A stretch of 64,000 nt of DNA from Sphaerodactylus townsendi (GCF_021028975.2 NC_059438.1:4960001-5024000); one strand, 5' to 3'; numbered from the stretch's first letter, positions 49,565-63,361 are shown. Notes: a model not told the origin generated them from the letters alone. Made by a program: numbers and translations.

Positions 49565-50056
49565 CAGTGGTGGCGAACCTATGGCACAGGTGCCAGAGTT
49601 GGCACTCAGAGCCCTCTCTGTGGGCACACGCAAACAGAGTCCCCCCCCCCCCCATCTAGGCTGGCCTGGGCCACTGGGCTCGATTATTACCATTAAACCT
49701 AAGACCTAGTTTTGGGGAGACACTGTAGGTAACCCTGTTAAGCACTGTTAAATCCCACTGATTTTCATGTGAAGAACTGAAGCGCAATCCTTTACCTGGG
49801 AGTAAGCTTGGTTGCTGGCAATGGGGCTTGCTTCTGAGTAAACCCTCCTAGGGTCGTGATTCACCTGTTGGAAGAGTTGCATGGTTGCTTCAAAGCAAAG
49901 CCACCGACTACCACCAAGCTTACTCACGAGTAATGCACGCCTCTAAACTAAAACCTCAGCATTCAGGTTAAATTGCTGTGTTGGCATTTTGTGATAAATA
50001 AGTGGGTTTTGGGTTGCAATTTGGGCACTCGGTCTCAAAAAGGTTTGCCATCACTG
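49565..50056. mobile_element. hAT non-autonomous element
   Basis: TIRs cagtggtggcgaacct / aggtttgccatcactg; TSD acctagag/acctagaa. Confidence 0.85.
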
Positions 50057-50193
50057 ACCTAGAATGACATAAACACCCTGCTGAGCTCCCTTCCCAAACT
50101 CCAATCTCCCCAGGCACTGCCTCCCTGACACCAAATCTTGAGGATTGTCCAAGTTGGAATTGGCAACCTTATGAGTCCTCCTTCATCTCTATG

Positions 50194-50414
50194 CAGAGGC
50201 ATATCTATGGAAAATGTAGCCTGGTGCAAAATCTGAGTTTTCCACCCCTCCATGGGCCCCCGCCCCGACCAAGCAACTTTTTTTGCATCAGATCTTGAAG
50301 TCAGTGTGTGGACCCCGGGGAAGGAGGAGGGTTTTTCCGGCCCCCCCATGTGACTAAATGGCTGCAGCCCAGGGACATTTGACCCCATATGTTCCCCTGG
50401 GCGGTACACCCCTG
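50194..50414. mobile_element. hAT MITE (a truncated relative lies at ~5685-5895)
   Basis: Perfect TSD tctctatg; CAG...CTG ends; body shared with 5685-5895 (tcttgaagtcagtgt.tggaccc.gggg). Confidence 0.85.
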
Positions 50415-51133
50415 TCTCTATGCATTGTTATATAAGCCAGGTTGCATTACTCAAAGTACAGGAACACCTATCCTTCAGTTTGGAGTGTAGCACAGAAGCT
50501 GGAAAGTGTTCAAGGTAAGCTCACTGCTCATGTCAACAGAGACTTGTTAAGCTTGCAGTTCTTAAGACTGGGAGAGATTTCCTTCCAAATCAACACAGAA
50601 TCAGGATGGAAGACTGCTGGAGGGTGGAGTTACAGCCCGATTCGTATGTTGCCAGCCTCCAGCAGCCAATGACTACAAAGCTGAGCCGGAAATGCTGGCG
50701 CAAGTCACCGATGAAACAGAGTCCTATTGCTTCCAATCCTTGTCAATATTTGCAGGTATCAGAGCAATTCAATGGCCCCGCTAGGGAATGTTTAATGAGG
50801 GATCTCTCCTAAGCAGCAGATATCAGAACTGGGTTCCACAGAACCAGTTTCCAGCATGTTATAGCCATTGTTTCCACTTTGCCTTTGTTTAGGTTCTTCA
50901 TTATCGAGCACATTGGGTACCCATTAACCCTGATACCCAGCCATGACTTTTCAGCCCTTGCAGGAAGAATTCAGACAGGAAACTGTTATTAGTGGTGGGC
51001 AAAGGCGGAAGAGCAATGTACACCTCTGTAGTGACTGGGAAGCCAAAGTCTGAAAGGCCCAGTCCCTTCTCTGAGCTGCAGCTTGGCAGCTCTGTTATGA
51101 AATAAAAGCTGAATGGTAGTCAAGTTGGTTGGA

Positions 51134-51339
51134 AAGAGCATCAAGTTGCAGCCAACTTATGGCCACCCCACAGGGTTTTCAGAGCCAGAGATGTTCAGAG
51201 GTGCTTTGCCATTCCCTCCCTTTGCACAGCAACATTGGACTCCATTGGTAGTCTCCCATCCAAGTACTTACCAAGGCCAACCCTGCTTAACTTCTAAGAT
51301 CTGATGAGATTGGACAAGCCTGGGCCACCCAAGTCAGGG
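51134..51339 (-). mobile_element. 5S rRNA-derived SINE
   Basis: Reverse complement contains gatcttagaagttaagcagggttggccttggtaagtacttggatgggagac. Confidence 0.75.
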
Positions 51340-51649
51340 TAGCTTATCATAGCAAAATCCAGGGCTGCTTAAAGCCTAAGAACATTTATTCCAATATGAA
51401 CTTCTGTGAGTCAAAGTTCACTTGTTCAGATGTGATAAAGAGGAAATCATTGTCCATATTTTTATAAGAAAAATAATTGCGGGGGATTGGGGGTAGAGGA
51501 AGGTTTGATGTGAATCCCATCATAAATCTTTGAGGTGTGATTCTCCATCAGTGTTCCAACTCCTTATCAAAAGGTGGAAAATTATTTTCCCTCACAAATA
51601 TTTTTAAGGTGCCACAAGAATAAACAAATAGTGAAATAGAAGACGACTT

Positions 51650-52345
51650 GTTGGTCTCTAATCTGGATAACCAGGTTTGGTTCCCCGCTCCTCCACATGA
51701 ACAGCAAACTCTTATCTGGTGAACTGGATTTGTTTCCCCACTCCTACACATGAAGCCTGCTTGGTGACCTTTTTATTAGAACTCTCTCAGCCCCACCTAC
51801 CTCACAAGGTGTCNNNNNNNNNNNNNNNNNNNNNNNNNNNNNNNNNNNNNNNNNNNNNNNNNNNNNNNNNNNNNNNNNNNNNNNNNNNNNNNNNNNNNNN
51901 NNNNNNNNNNNNNNNNNNNNNNNNNNNNNNNNNNNNNNNNNNNNNNNNNNNNNNNNNNNNNNNNNNNNNNNNNNNNNNNNNNNNNNNNNNNNNNNNNNNC
52001 CCCTTTCTCTCCTGCAGGAGACTCAAAGGGGCTGACAATCTCCTTGCCCTTCCCCCCTCACAACAAACACCCTGTGAGGTAGGTGGGGCTGAGAGAGCTC
52101 AGAGAAGCTGTAACTAGCCCAAGGTCACCCAGCTGGCGTGTGTGGGAGTGTACAGGCTAATCTGAATTCCCCAGATAAGCCTCCACAGCTCAGGCGGCAG
52201 AGCTGGGAATCAAACCCAGTCCCTCCAGATTAGATACACAAGCTCTTAACCTCCTACGCCACTGCTGCTCCTGACAGGAGTTTGTAAGCCCGTTTAAGTC
52301 TCCTGACAGAAGAGAACGGCAGGGTATAAATCCAAACGCTTCCTT
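51650..52345. mobile_element. Nested or inverted MIR/CORE-like SINEs around an assembly gap
   Basis: Plus copy 51650-51813 whose tail resumes ~52277; minus copy 52000-52272 lies between. Confidence 0.7.
51814..51999. other. Assembly gap
   Basis: Run of N. Confidence 1.
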
Positions 52346-52894
52346 TTCCTCATCTTTTCCTGATGTACATTTCTGGCCTCCGCTCTTGTAGCACAGTCAA
52401 AAGACCCACTGCTGCAGTGCATTCTGGTTAGTGATGGAAGGGATATTGAAAGCTACATCAGCACAAAACCCAGTCCTGTGTTACACTGGAGGCTAATAAA
52501 GGGTCAATCTGGCTGAGCAAGTGTGTGGCTGCTTTCTCAGATGTCCATTAAAAACTGGCTGGTGGGGACGGGGTATCCCTTCAGTTTATTATTTACTTTG
52601 TGGCTGCCAAATGGGACCATCCTCCCAAGAGAATAATTGGGATTAAGCGCCAATGTCGGAATGTTCTGTTATTAGTGGTATTTTATTGTTAACTGTGCTG
52701 TTAAATGATGAATAATGTTTGAAGTGAGTCCACCTAGTTGGGAAAGGGTGGAGATAAATAATTTTTTTTCATGGAGAGATTGATCCATTAAAAAAAAAAG
52801 CTAACAGTTTGGGGATCGACTGTGCAAAAAGTTCAAACATGTGCACAAAATTCACCAAACCATAGTGACTTCTCATAAATGTGCACTAAAAAAG

Positions 52895-53130
52895 TCAGTG
52901 TGCTGTAATGGTTGGAGAGTCAGAGTAGGCTTTGGAAGACCCAGGTTCAAATCCTGCCTCTGCCATGGAACACTGCTGGGGGATCTTGAGCCAGTCGCAA
53001 ACTCTCAGCCTAAGCTACCTCACAGGGTTGTTGTAAGGATAAAATGGAGGAGGGGAGAATGATATAAGTCACTTTGTGTCCCCAGTGGGGAGAAAGGCAG
53101 GGTATAAATGACACAAATAAAATAAATCAA
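52895..53130 (+). mobile_element. MIR-like CORE SINE
   Basis: ggttcaaatcc B-box and CORE-like cctcacagggttgttgtaaggataaaat. Confidence 0.75.
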
Positions 53131-53721
53131 CAAAAGGGGGAAACTAGACTCTTTAAAATTCCGGTTTCCCAAACAAAACTTTTGTTTCCCTAAAGGTACA
53201 GACGACAATCCCCCCACGAGGATCTGTTTCTTCGTATTTCCTTATACCCTATACATAGCAAACAGTGGCAGCTTTTTAAAGGGGGAGAGACGTTTGCCAC
53301 AAAAATTCAGAATATTGTTGGCTGGACTGGCAGAAGTACGGCCAAAGCTTTGCTCCTGACAGATCACTTAGGTTGACGCCTCTCTCCATTCATAACTGAA
53401 ATAAACAGCTCCGTTTGATTTCCTTCTGCTAGCCCTGACAAGCTGAACTTTACATCCAGCAGTTATCCTGAATTTGATCCTGAGGTCAGAAGTATGAGCG
53501 TTTAAATGGCCAGGGTGGGTCCTCCCCCCCCCCACTAAGAGAAATGATTCACAGCACTTTATCTCCCCTATCACCTGTTTTGGAAACAATGGAAACATTT
53601 AGAGACAGTCCTCTTTGTGGAAGTCTGAGGGCTGGTGGCAGGTTTAGAGGCAACTCTTCCACCAAAATGTAAGAATCCCACCACCATTTTCAGGAATCAA
53701 ATTGACTAGGTTTATCTATTG

Positions 53722-53969
53722 CAGGGGTCTGCAACCCGTGGCTCCGGAGCCGCATGTGGCTCTTTCAGCCTTATACTGCGGCTCCGCATGGCCTGGAGGT
53801 TGGAGGGTAGAATGGGCGTGTCCCACAAGCCCTCCAGAGCAGTGCTGGAAGAAAAGGTGAGTGGAGGGGCTGAACCGGAGGCGGCCCCGCTCTCTGGCTC
53901 AGTAGATCTTCGGGGCCATGGAAAACGGGTCCAAATGGCTCTTTGGGTGGTAAAGGTTGCTGACCCCTG
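53722..53969. mobile_element. hAT (Charlie-like) MITE
   Basis: TIRs caggggtctgcaacc / ggttgctgacccctg; degenerate TSD atctattg/gtcttttg. Confidence 0.8.
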
Positions 53970-54386
53970 GTCTTTTGTGTGGGAAAGCATACATGACTGA
54001 TATATATTTATGTATTGAAAGATCAGGCAGCAGAAAGGCCTTCTGAGGGCATCAGACCATTTTACTCAATGGGGTAGCTCCTCTTAGAAGTTGGTAAGAT
54101 TTTAGGTGAGACGGGGGTGTTGGTTTAGGTCGCAGCAGCTGTGGAAAAAAGCTGGACCATGCTGACTTTGAGCTGCTCCAGACTGCCCCAAGTTGGTGGT
54201 AATAACTGGCTTAAATAGCATTTCTCTCACGTTGTACTGCTTTTCAGTTAATGCAAAGTGCTATGAGAATTATGCTGGCACATTTATACATTTATTTACT
54301 TCCAGAGCCCCTGGGGATGGGGCGGTATAAAAATTCAAATAATAAATAAATAAATAAATAAATAAATTTCTAGCTCACATTCTCCC

Positions 54387-54557
54387 CAGTGGGCACCCAA
54401 AGTAACTTACAACCCTAGTGGTTACTTACAACCCCAACCCCAAAGTAACTTACAACCCCAGTGGGCACCCAAAGTAACTTACAACCCTAGTGGTTACTTA
54501 CAACCCCAACCCCAAAGTAACTTACAACCCCGGTGGGCACCCAAAGTAACTTACAAC
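54387..54557. repeat. 72-bp higher-order tandem repeat (~2.4 copies) with acttacaaccc sub-units
   Basis: Units start at 54387, 54459 and 54531. Confidence 0.9.
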
Positions 54558-54967
54558 CTTCTTCCCTTTTCCCTTTTCTCTCTGCAACCATCCTTACAGG
54601 TAGGTTAAGCTGAAAGAGAAAGTGACTGGCCCAAAGTCCCATCAAGTTTCCATGGCAAAGTGTGGATTTGAATGCAATCTTCCGGACCCTAGGTCAACAT
54701 TTTAACCTCTAAACCATACTGGCTCTCAAGGTTCCTTGTGTTTTATGTGTGAGTGAGATGCACTAGAAAAATTATTATTATTAGCAATAATTAACACATT
54801 AAAACAAAATACATTCAAAGATGGAAGCATCTTTCCTTCTTAAAACTCCAGGATGAAGACACGTTCAGGATAGAATTACATGTGAGATGTACTCTGCCAC
54901 TGGAAATGGAAATTACATGAGCGATATACAGCTGCCACTGGACATGGTATCCCCATATCCACATAGT

Positions 54968-55468
54968 TAGTGTGGTGTAGTGGTTAAGAGCAGGTGGATT
55001 CTAATCTGGAGAACTGGGCTTGATTCCCCACTCTTCCACCTGAGTGGCAGAGGCTTATCTAGTGAACCAGATGAGTTTCTGCACTCCTCCATTCCTGCCG
55101 GGTGATCTTGAGCTAGTCACAATTCTTCAGAACTCTCTCAGCCCCACCTATTCTATGGCTACCAATCGTGATCCTCCTTGATCTGAGATTGCAAATGCCT
55201 TAGCAGACAAGGTGATCGGGAGCAGCAGCAGCAAAAGGTCATAGCTTTCACATCCTGCATGTGAGCTCCCAAAGGCACCTGGTGGGCCACTGTGAGTAGC
55301 AGAGTGCTGGACTAGATGGACTCTGGTCTGATCCAGCAAGTTCTTTCTTATGTTCTTACCTCACAAGGCGTCTTCTGTGGGGAGAGGAAGGGAAAGGAGC
55401 TTGACAGTCACTTTGAGTATCCTTACAGGAGAGAAAGGTGGGGTATAAATCCAAACTCTTCTCTTCTC
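54968..55468 (+). mobile_element. MIR/CORE-like SINE interrupted by a CR1-like LINE 3' end (~55150-55357)
   Basis: The SINE halves join at cccaccta / cctcacaagg; the insert ends ggactagatggactctggtctgatcc...ttcttatgttctta. Confidence 0.75.
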
Positions 55469-55630
55469 CTGTTGTAAATTATCACTTACCCATTCAGTAA
55501 TGCCATCAAATTGTGTATTTCCTCACCCTTCCTGACTACACCTGTCTGACACCAGCAGAGGCAAAGAAATCCACCAGGGTATGACACTAGAGAGCCAGCT
55601 TTGTGTAGTGGTCAAAGTTTAGGACTAGGA

Positions 55631-55861
55631 CAGTACTGGCGACCCTATGGCACTCCAGATGTTCATGGACTACAATTCCCATCAGCCCCTGCCAGCATGG
55701 CCAATTGGCCATGCTGGCGAGGAAGCTGATGAGTATGAATCCATGAACATCTGGAGAATGCCATAAGTCTCCCTATAACTATGCCGATTGGCCATGCTGG
55801 CAGGGGCTGATGGGAATTGTAGTCCATGAACATCTGGAGTGCCGTAGGTTCGCCACCACGG
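55631..55861. mobile_element. Palindromic URR1-like hAT MITE nested in a SINE head
   Basis: Perfect TSD gactagga (55623-55630 and 55862-55869); palindromic body with an internal partial duplication. Confidence 0.85.
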
Positions 55862-56361
55862 GACTAGGATCTTGAAAATCCAAATTCAGATCCCCACTGT
55901 GCCATGGAAATTTGGTCAGTCACAAACTCTCAGCCTCGATCCTGGCAAGTATTTGGATTGGAGACCTCCAAGGAATATAAGGAGCATGATGAAGAGGCAG
56001 GCAATGGCAAACCACCTTTGAACATATCTTGCTTACAAAACCCTACCAGTGGTCACCATAAGTCTGCTGCAACTTAATGGCATTTCACACACACATGACA
56101 TTGCTGCACCAGGGCATGACATCATCACACTTGGGTTATGTTTATTATTTATTTCTGCAATTTATACCTTGCCCTACACCATAGTCTCAGGGCGGCTAAC
56201 AAATGGGGATGATCCTGTTGAAACATACGAAGTTAAAATCAGAGTAAAAATGTAGTTAAAACGATACATAAAATCCGTTAAGACCCCATTAAAAATCCCC
56301 ACCCCCTGTGGCTGGCATCAGTGAGAGGGGCCCAGGGGGGTCAACCACTAAAGGCTATAGC

Positions 56362-56502
56362 CAGAGGCGTAGCTACAAGGGGAACGGGGGGTGCACGATG
56401 CACCAGGCGCAAGCTCCTGTGGGGGTGTAGTAAGGGCGTTCCGGGGCGGGGGCGGAGGATGAACCAGGGCACTGGGCACTTTCCCCCCTTGCTTTGCCTC
56501 TG
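56362..56502. mobile_element. hAT MITE
   Basis: cagaggc...gcctctg termini; related to 17056-17240. Confidence 0.6.
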
Positions 56503-59500
56503 GCTACGGGAAAGTCAGCAGCTCAGATGGCATTCTACACCCTGTAGTGCAAAGAAGCTGTGACATTCCCCCAGACAGAAACCAAAGAGAGAAACCAGAT
56601 CTGGGAAACATCAAATCAGCACCATACACAAATGATAACACAATCATAACATATTGATAAGCTCGACAGTATTCCAGAAAACAATTTAATTTTAAAGCAA
56701 TGGATAAAGTATTTTATGTTGATAAATACACTGTGGGGCCTTTTCTGTCTTTTCAGCACTGCACTCGAGTTTGGAGATAAAAATGAGCGTGTTCATTAAT
56801 GCTTAATACTGCAGAGTGATATCTTTGGCAGGCCCTCTTATGGCGCTTTTAATGCCTGACATATGGTATTGGGTGGAGTCTCTCTCTCACTCTGCGTTAC
56901 AGACATCAGCTGAAATGTTTAACAGCGAACTTAACAGGTCAGATGCATGATGTGGACAAGGAATTTTTGTAAAGAGCAAATTTTGTTTTCATCATGTTAG
57001 GGCTCCCCCCTCCACCCCCACACTTTTGGCAGCGCCAATAAATTTGTTTGACACACTTTAAATGTTTAATTAAAACATTATGCTAGCACATTTACAGTAA
57101 GTGATAAAAAACACCCTCAGGGAAGGAGAGAGCGTTTTGAAGCAATTGGCAGTCCTGAAATTGCTAGACATGCCCCAGTAAATCAGCCACCGTCTATACA
57201 TGGGAATGAGCCCCTGTCATTTGCCTGCCATTGCTTAGATATTAGAATGGCTCAGTTTAATTCTTCGATAATGTTGATGACAGGGTGCTTCAGAAACGCT
57301 TCTCAGATTTGGGAGTTTCAAATGATCTGTTCTTGTTCCAAAGTGGAAACGAAAGCTCTGGCTTTCACTTCCAAATTTCTCACGAGTGCTGCGCATGTGC
57401 AGTTTGCTCAGCTCCTAGCTCCTTTGTGTCTTCACCCTCTATTTTGGCATGAGCTCTTGTGTTATATTAACACAATACAGCAAAAACAAATTGTATGTAC
57501 ACTCACAGCTATAATTCTATCTGTGGGACAGCGCACCAGTACCCATCACCCCCCTCAAATAATCTTGACAAAAAACAGTCACACCAAGATTTTTTTGCTG
57601 TTGTTGTGGTTGTTGTTGTTGGTAGTGTTTTACCAATGTTTGCAGCTATAACCAGTACGGTTGAGGGAGGGAGGAAAGATACAAATGACCCGAAGAAACT
57701 GAACAGAGAGGCAAATTGGACACGTCCCAGTTCTGGGACAAATTTTTTCCACTAAGTTGAAGGAGATTTCAAGAGGAGTGGAGAATAGAATCATAGATGA
57801 AATGGTGAAATGATTAAACAAAATAGCAGATGGAACTATTAACACATTTACTTGATAATTATGTACGCCTTGCAACCGTAATGAATTTAAGTGACTATCG
57901 AATTGTATTTATTTACTGGAAGGATATATAAAGATATGCAGTATATATAGAAAGATGTGCTAGATGAAGTAATCGATAGTGATAAGTACTTTATGTTCTT
58001 ATTCATAATGTTGTTGTAAGCTAGAGTTTTCAGATTAAGTGTCAGAAATTATAGTAGGAACCAGGCAAAGCAAATGAGATGGGCAGCCCCATCCAAACCC
58101 AGAGGTGGCAGGACACCACACCAATGTAGTGTCACCGTGGGTTATTGACCTAAGTTCGAGCTGCGTTTGACCTAAGTGCTCCGCACAACCACTGAGATCG
58201 ACGTGGTTTTGTACCAGCTTCGCCCCGTGTAACTGTCAAATTTCTGACTCCAGTTGGGAACTACTACTTTTTCAGGGAACCACGCTTGAACTCAGCTCGA
58301 TTCCAGTAAAGTGCCAGGAGTCCCCCATTCAGCCAATCACAGCTGAGTGTTTTGGGCATGCGTACAGCTGGCCAATAAAAAAAAACGCCACCTTCGTCCC
58401 TCCATTCCTGTGGCAGTTTTTTTTTTATAACGTGTGTGGGGATAGACGGAACATGGCCGTAGAACAGTAGCCAATCGGAATGGAGCGGTGAAGAGGCACA
58501 AGATGATTCCGCCCTCCGAGCTGGGATCAAACTGGTTGCAGTGGGGGACAACAATGGCTTTGACCTAGGTCAGTACCCTTCTCAGGGAACTGGGTCGAAC
58601 CTATTTTACTCGTGTGCAGAATCGCCCTAAGTAGGCTTTCCAGCAACATGGAGAGCTGGGAAAAGCCCCCAACCCTTACTGCCATACAGGACTTATGCCA
58701 GCAAAATGGGAGAGGGAAATATAAAAACAGTATTTTAACATGGGAGGGGGGTATGCATCTTTCCTGCTCACTAAGATTTCCCTACAAATGCCCCACCTCT
58801 GCATTCACAGCATACTGGGAAAAGTGGGTAGGGAATGTAACATCATCTTCTGCTATAGTAGGACTAGGGACACGGTCAGTTTTGAAGATCTGCCCCACAT
58901 TTTTTTAAAGTTGTTCACAATCTGTATCACTTACTCAAGGCTTGCAGAAAGAAAGAGCTGCCTGTGCGACATTCTTTCAGCTGCTTCAATTCGACCCCAA
59001 TAATAAAAACTTCAGAGCACATTATTACGCTTTGCTTCTTTGTCTATCTCGGAAATTTTTCCTGTATCATATTAACACCCAATATGAATGTAACAATTTG
59101 ATTTAGAAGAGAAGAAAACAAGGAATTACTTTCTTTTTCTTCTCCCCCAGCCAGGAAAGCAGAAAATGGTTTGTCAGCAATTTTTTAGCTCCAAAGACTT
59201 CTTTTTTTTTCCACTGAGAGAGTCAATAGCCAGGAAGTCAATGATTTCCAAGAATGACATGGATAACCTGTAATAGGAAAGGTAAAGGTTGACCCATTGA
59301 GATGTGTAGATAATCTGTTTTGTTCCTTTGTTTTAAATAATATGTAACATGAAATTCTTAGGTTAGGGGAAGCTAACTAAATAGTGTAATTAGAAAAAAA
59401 ACTAATGGGTGGAAAGGTTGTCCCAGGATACTTGGCAAGCTCATCTTAGTGGAGGCTTCATTGTGAAGACACGGTGTGAGTTTTGAGCGTACCTCCATCC

Positions 59501-59854
59501 ATGCGTCCTCAGATACATGCATGCAAAATCAAGACCAGTTTGCTCAAGTGTTGGGTACACTCCCGTATCAGACACATCCACTTGATATATGCTGTTTAAG
59601 ACAAGGAAGCTGGGTGCATGCATGATGCCTCCCTTTGCTTGTTCAGTCATTCCTTTCATTTGTACCATACACTTCTTCCAAAGAACATAGAGGGATATGA
59701 TTCTCTTTTTTCCTCACCCCCCCCTGAGAAATGGGCCAGCACTTTCTCCCTGCCCTACCTAAGGTCACTCAGAGTTTCCTGGCTCAAGTGGGGACTTGAA
59801 TGTGGCCTCTATGCTTAGTTCAGCAAGACTGCTGTACAATATGCTTTCCTGAGA

Positions 59855-60092
59855 ACGCTGAGAGCTAACATGCAATGGACTCTAATCGGGAGCAACTGGG
59901 TTTGATTCCCCACTCTTCCACATGAAGCCTGCTTGTGACCCTGAGCTAGTTACAGTTCTCTCAGAACTTTCTCAGCCTCACCTGCCTCACAAGGTGTCTG
60001 TTGTGGGGACAGGACAGGAAGGAGCTCGTAAGCAGCTTTGAGAGCCCTTATGGTTGAAATAAGTGGGGTATAAATCCAAACTCTTCTTCTTC
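59855..60092 (+). mobile_element. tRNA-headed MIR/CORE-like SINE
   Basis: Same family; (TTC)n tail. Confidence 0.75.
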
Positions 60093-60174
60093 TTACATGC
60101 ATGGTAGTTCCTCCATGAGATTTGGAGCCTCACAAAAACTAGGATCTCTACTTGCACATGCATGTGGAGTGGTT

Positions 60175-60365
60175 TCATGGCTCCGTGGTAGAACATCTGC
60201 TTGGCATGCCAAAGGTCCCAAGTTCAATTCCCAGCATCTCAAGTTAAAAGGATCAGGTAGATGATGTGAAGAATCTCTAAATGAGGTCCCGGAGAGCTGC
60301 TGTCAATCTGAGTAGACAATACTAACCTTGTTAGACCAATGGTCTGATTCAGTAAAAGGAAGTCT
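60175..60365 (+). mobile_element. tRNA(Ala)-like SINE
   Basis: Head tggctccgtggtagaacatctgcttggcatgccaaaggtcccaagttcaattcccagcatctc. Confidence 0.75.
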
Positions 60366-61891
60366 CCTCTATTCAATTAATCTGTGTTTGACTTTTTTCA
60401 GATGTTCTTGAGCAGTAAAGTAGGACAGTGGCCATGATCTTGATCACTGCATGCACAAGTGTTCACACCTCCCCTGGTTTTGAAGGTCTGGTGAAATCTA
60501 TTTGGTCCACAGAAGAGTGTAACTCTGTTTAGGATTGCACTAACAACAGCTGCTGGTTTTCACATTTCAGTGGCCACATAACAAGTATGGGGCAAAAGAA
60601 TGACACACATTTAATTAGATTAATTTCTCCATCATTTATGGAACCACTGTCTATAGTTGTTCACCATCTGTCCACCAAGATATTTCTACTGCTCCTGACA
60701 GCCCAAAGGTTCTCTAGATGTCTTACAGCCTTAAACAATGAGAGGAAAACATTGGCCTATGGAATGAACACATGGACTAAACACTGCACATTGATGCAGT
60801 GAATGGTCACAAAATGATAATGGGATTTTATAGGTAGAGCTGCTGCTATTTATCAGATAAAACTGCTTCTGGAGCTTGTTGCTGAAATGAAATGAGAATG
60901 TCACATCCAAAGATTAAAAGGTTAAATACAATGATAATCCAAACCTCTATAGATGTCAATATGCCAACATGTTTTAATAATCCCACTTGTCATTATGTTA
61001 TAATATGAAATTGAAGCTAATGGGAGCGGAATCTATTACCATCTTTCTCTGAAGAAGCCCATAATCTGGTAAGGATACAATAAATATTCGGTTAGGGAAT
61101 CAAGTTAATGCTACCAACATTTTTTTAAAAAATTATACACGGCTTTTCTCCATTGTCAGGGATCTAAAGTGGTTTTTCACATCATTCATCACTCCTTTAC
61201 TTAATTCTCATGACAACAAACCTATGAGGGTAGGTTAGGTTGAGAGATTGGGATGGGCCCAAGGTCACCTGGCAGGCTCCCATGGTTGAGCAGGAGATTG
61301 AAACCTGGTCCTCCCAAGTTCTAGACCAACACTCTAGCCTCTATGCTATGCCAGCCCTTGCAACACTAGCATCAGTTTGCATACTTGAATATATGTTGGA
61401 AGTACTGCATGAGTTGAGCACAACTCTAATACTCTGGTGCTTCCTAAGGCCACAAGTCTTCTTCTTTTCTTATTATTTTTTCATAAACATTTCTAAACAG
61501 ATTTCTAAACGTTTGCATCTTCTGGATGCTATTTAGTGCCGCCATTGTTCAGGCTACCTATTTCCTATCAGTTTGTGAAATTTAGTTGCCATCCTTTGAT
61601 TCTATCATATTCTTATTTCCTTGGCTACTATCCTCAAGGGCATCATGGAGTTTCCAGATATTTACTGCTTATTTACTTTGTCTACTACTAATACATATTG
61701 TCTGCTTCCCCGGGTTTACTCTGAGGAGTTCCTGCTAACACATCAACTTTTTTTTTAACATACCTAGCTCCCACAAGTCCTCTTTTCACCAAATTCTTTT
61801 CTAATGCTTTTCACATCACCAGGACTGTTTATGGACATGTCAAAAAATTGCCTGAAGAGCTTGGAAGATTTAAATACTGTAATTTTTAATC

Positions 61892-62099
61892 ATCCTGACC
61901 TAAATGGCCCAGGCTTGCCCAATTTCATCAGATCTTGGAAGCTAAGCAGGTTAATGCTTGGATGGATGACCAACAAGGAAGTCCAGGGCAGCTTTGAAGA
62001 GTCCGGCAATGGCAAATCATCACAGTTTGTATCTTTTCTTGAAGACCCAATGGGGTCACCATAAAATCTTCTGCAACTTGATAACACTCTGCACACACA
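61892..62099 (+). mobile_element. 5S rRNA-derived SINE
   Basis: cagatcttggaagctaagcagg...cttggatgg, the same body as other copies, and a (CA)n tail. Confidence 0.7.
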
Positions 62100-62375
62100 A
62101 TTTGTAATCTAAAAATGTTGAACTGGCTTATTTGTTCATACTGAGCTACTGCTGTTAGCTCAAAGTGCAGATATCCCCTTATCATCTGGCATTCTGACCT
62201 CCACACATGAATCTCTAGGCTGCTATCCAAGACATTTGTCCATCTTGACCAGGGATGTTACTGAATGTTGTGACTACTCAGTTTTGATTTTAACAACGGA
62301 GGTTCTTTTATGTTTGTTTTTGGGGGGTTCTGGGTGAAATTGTGATGATCTTTTTTTCTGATAAAAATAAAAGAA

Positions 62376-62378
<3 letters not shown>

Positions 62379-62443
<65 letters not shown>
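62379..62443. repeat. Compound (GT)n(GA)n microsatellite at a SINE tail
   Basis: Directly visible. Confidence 0.95.
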
Positions 62444-62447
<4 letters not shown>

Positions 62448-63221
62448 GCCATCAAGTTGCTTCTGACTTATGGCGACCCTATGAATTAATGACCTCCAAA
62501 ACATCCTATTGTTAATAGCCTTGCTCTGACCAGAATTAGATAGTCACATTTTTGTGCATAAATGGCATAAAATTGGATCTGTTATTTATAACTGAAAACA
62601 CTGTGCATGGATAAAAGGACATAGTCAGTGCCCTGACAGAAAAGACTGAAACGGAAATTCTAGCAAACAAAACTACTGGGGCAAAGATGCTCAAAACGCA
62701 CACATGCAAAAATACATATGAAGAGGCATATTCGGAATCTCTAACTTTGACCCCAATCCTCTTCTGCTAGAGAATTCCATCTCCTACCTCACCCCAACAT
62801 ACAAAAAAAGTAAATTATTCTGACAGCTTTTACTGGCTGATTTTTTTTCCTGTGAGGAAACCCCATTTGGAATGTTGTATGGGATATGATTTTTGTCCAT
62901 ATCACCCCACAGGAACAGAGAATGTTCCAGCAAATCAAATCAGGAAATAATTCTTGAAACTTCTCTGGGAGATGAGCAAATAACATATCGCCAGTGTTTT
63001 AACAACTTCCAGACTCAATCACATCTATCCTGCTCTCGAGAGCGGCAAACGTTTGACTCCAGTGTAGGCGAGGCAATTACACGGGGGATGTAATTGGCCA
63101 GGCATGTTTTGAGTAAATAGTTAACTCTTCTCACTTGGAAGAAACGTTTATTGAAAAGTTTGTCTCCACATAGAAATGCAAATGATTTTGGGAACGTTCA
63201 TCTTTCAATCGGAGACTGTAG

Positions 63222-63361
63222 NNNNNNNNNNNNNNNNNNNNNNNNNNNNNNNNNNNNNNNNNNNNNNNNNNNNNNNNNNNNNNNNNNNNNNNNNNNNNNN
63301 NNNNNNNNNNNNNNNNNNNNNNNNNNNNNNNNNNNNNNNNNNNNNNNNNNNNNNNNNNNNN
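63222..63361. other. Assembly gap
   Basis: Run of N. Confidence 1.

Noticed and set aside
51250-51310. 5S rRNA gene or tRNA genes
   Set aside because: The 5S-like and tRNA-like segments are degenerate and fused to SINE bodies and tails, so they are retroposon heads rather than genes.
54387-54557. CRISPR-like repeat-spacer appearance
   Set aside because: The intervening sequences are themselves repeated, and this is vertebrate DNA with no cas genes.
58100-58630. CpG-rich, probably transposon-derived segment with gacctaag/gacctagg repeats and CCAAT words
   Set aside because: I could not define matching termini or a TSD, so it is not called.
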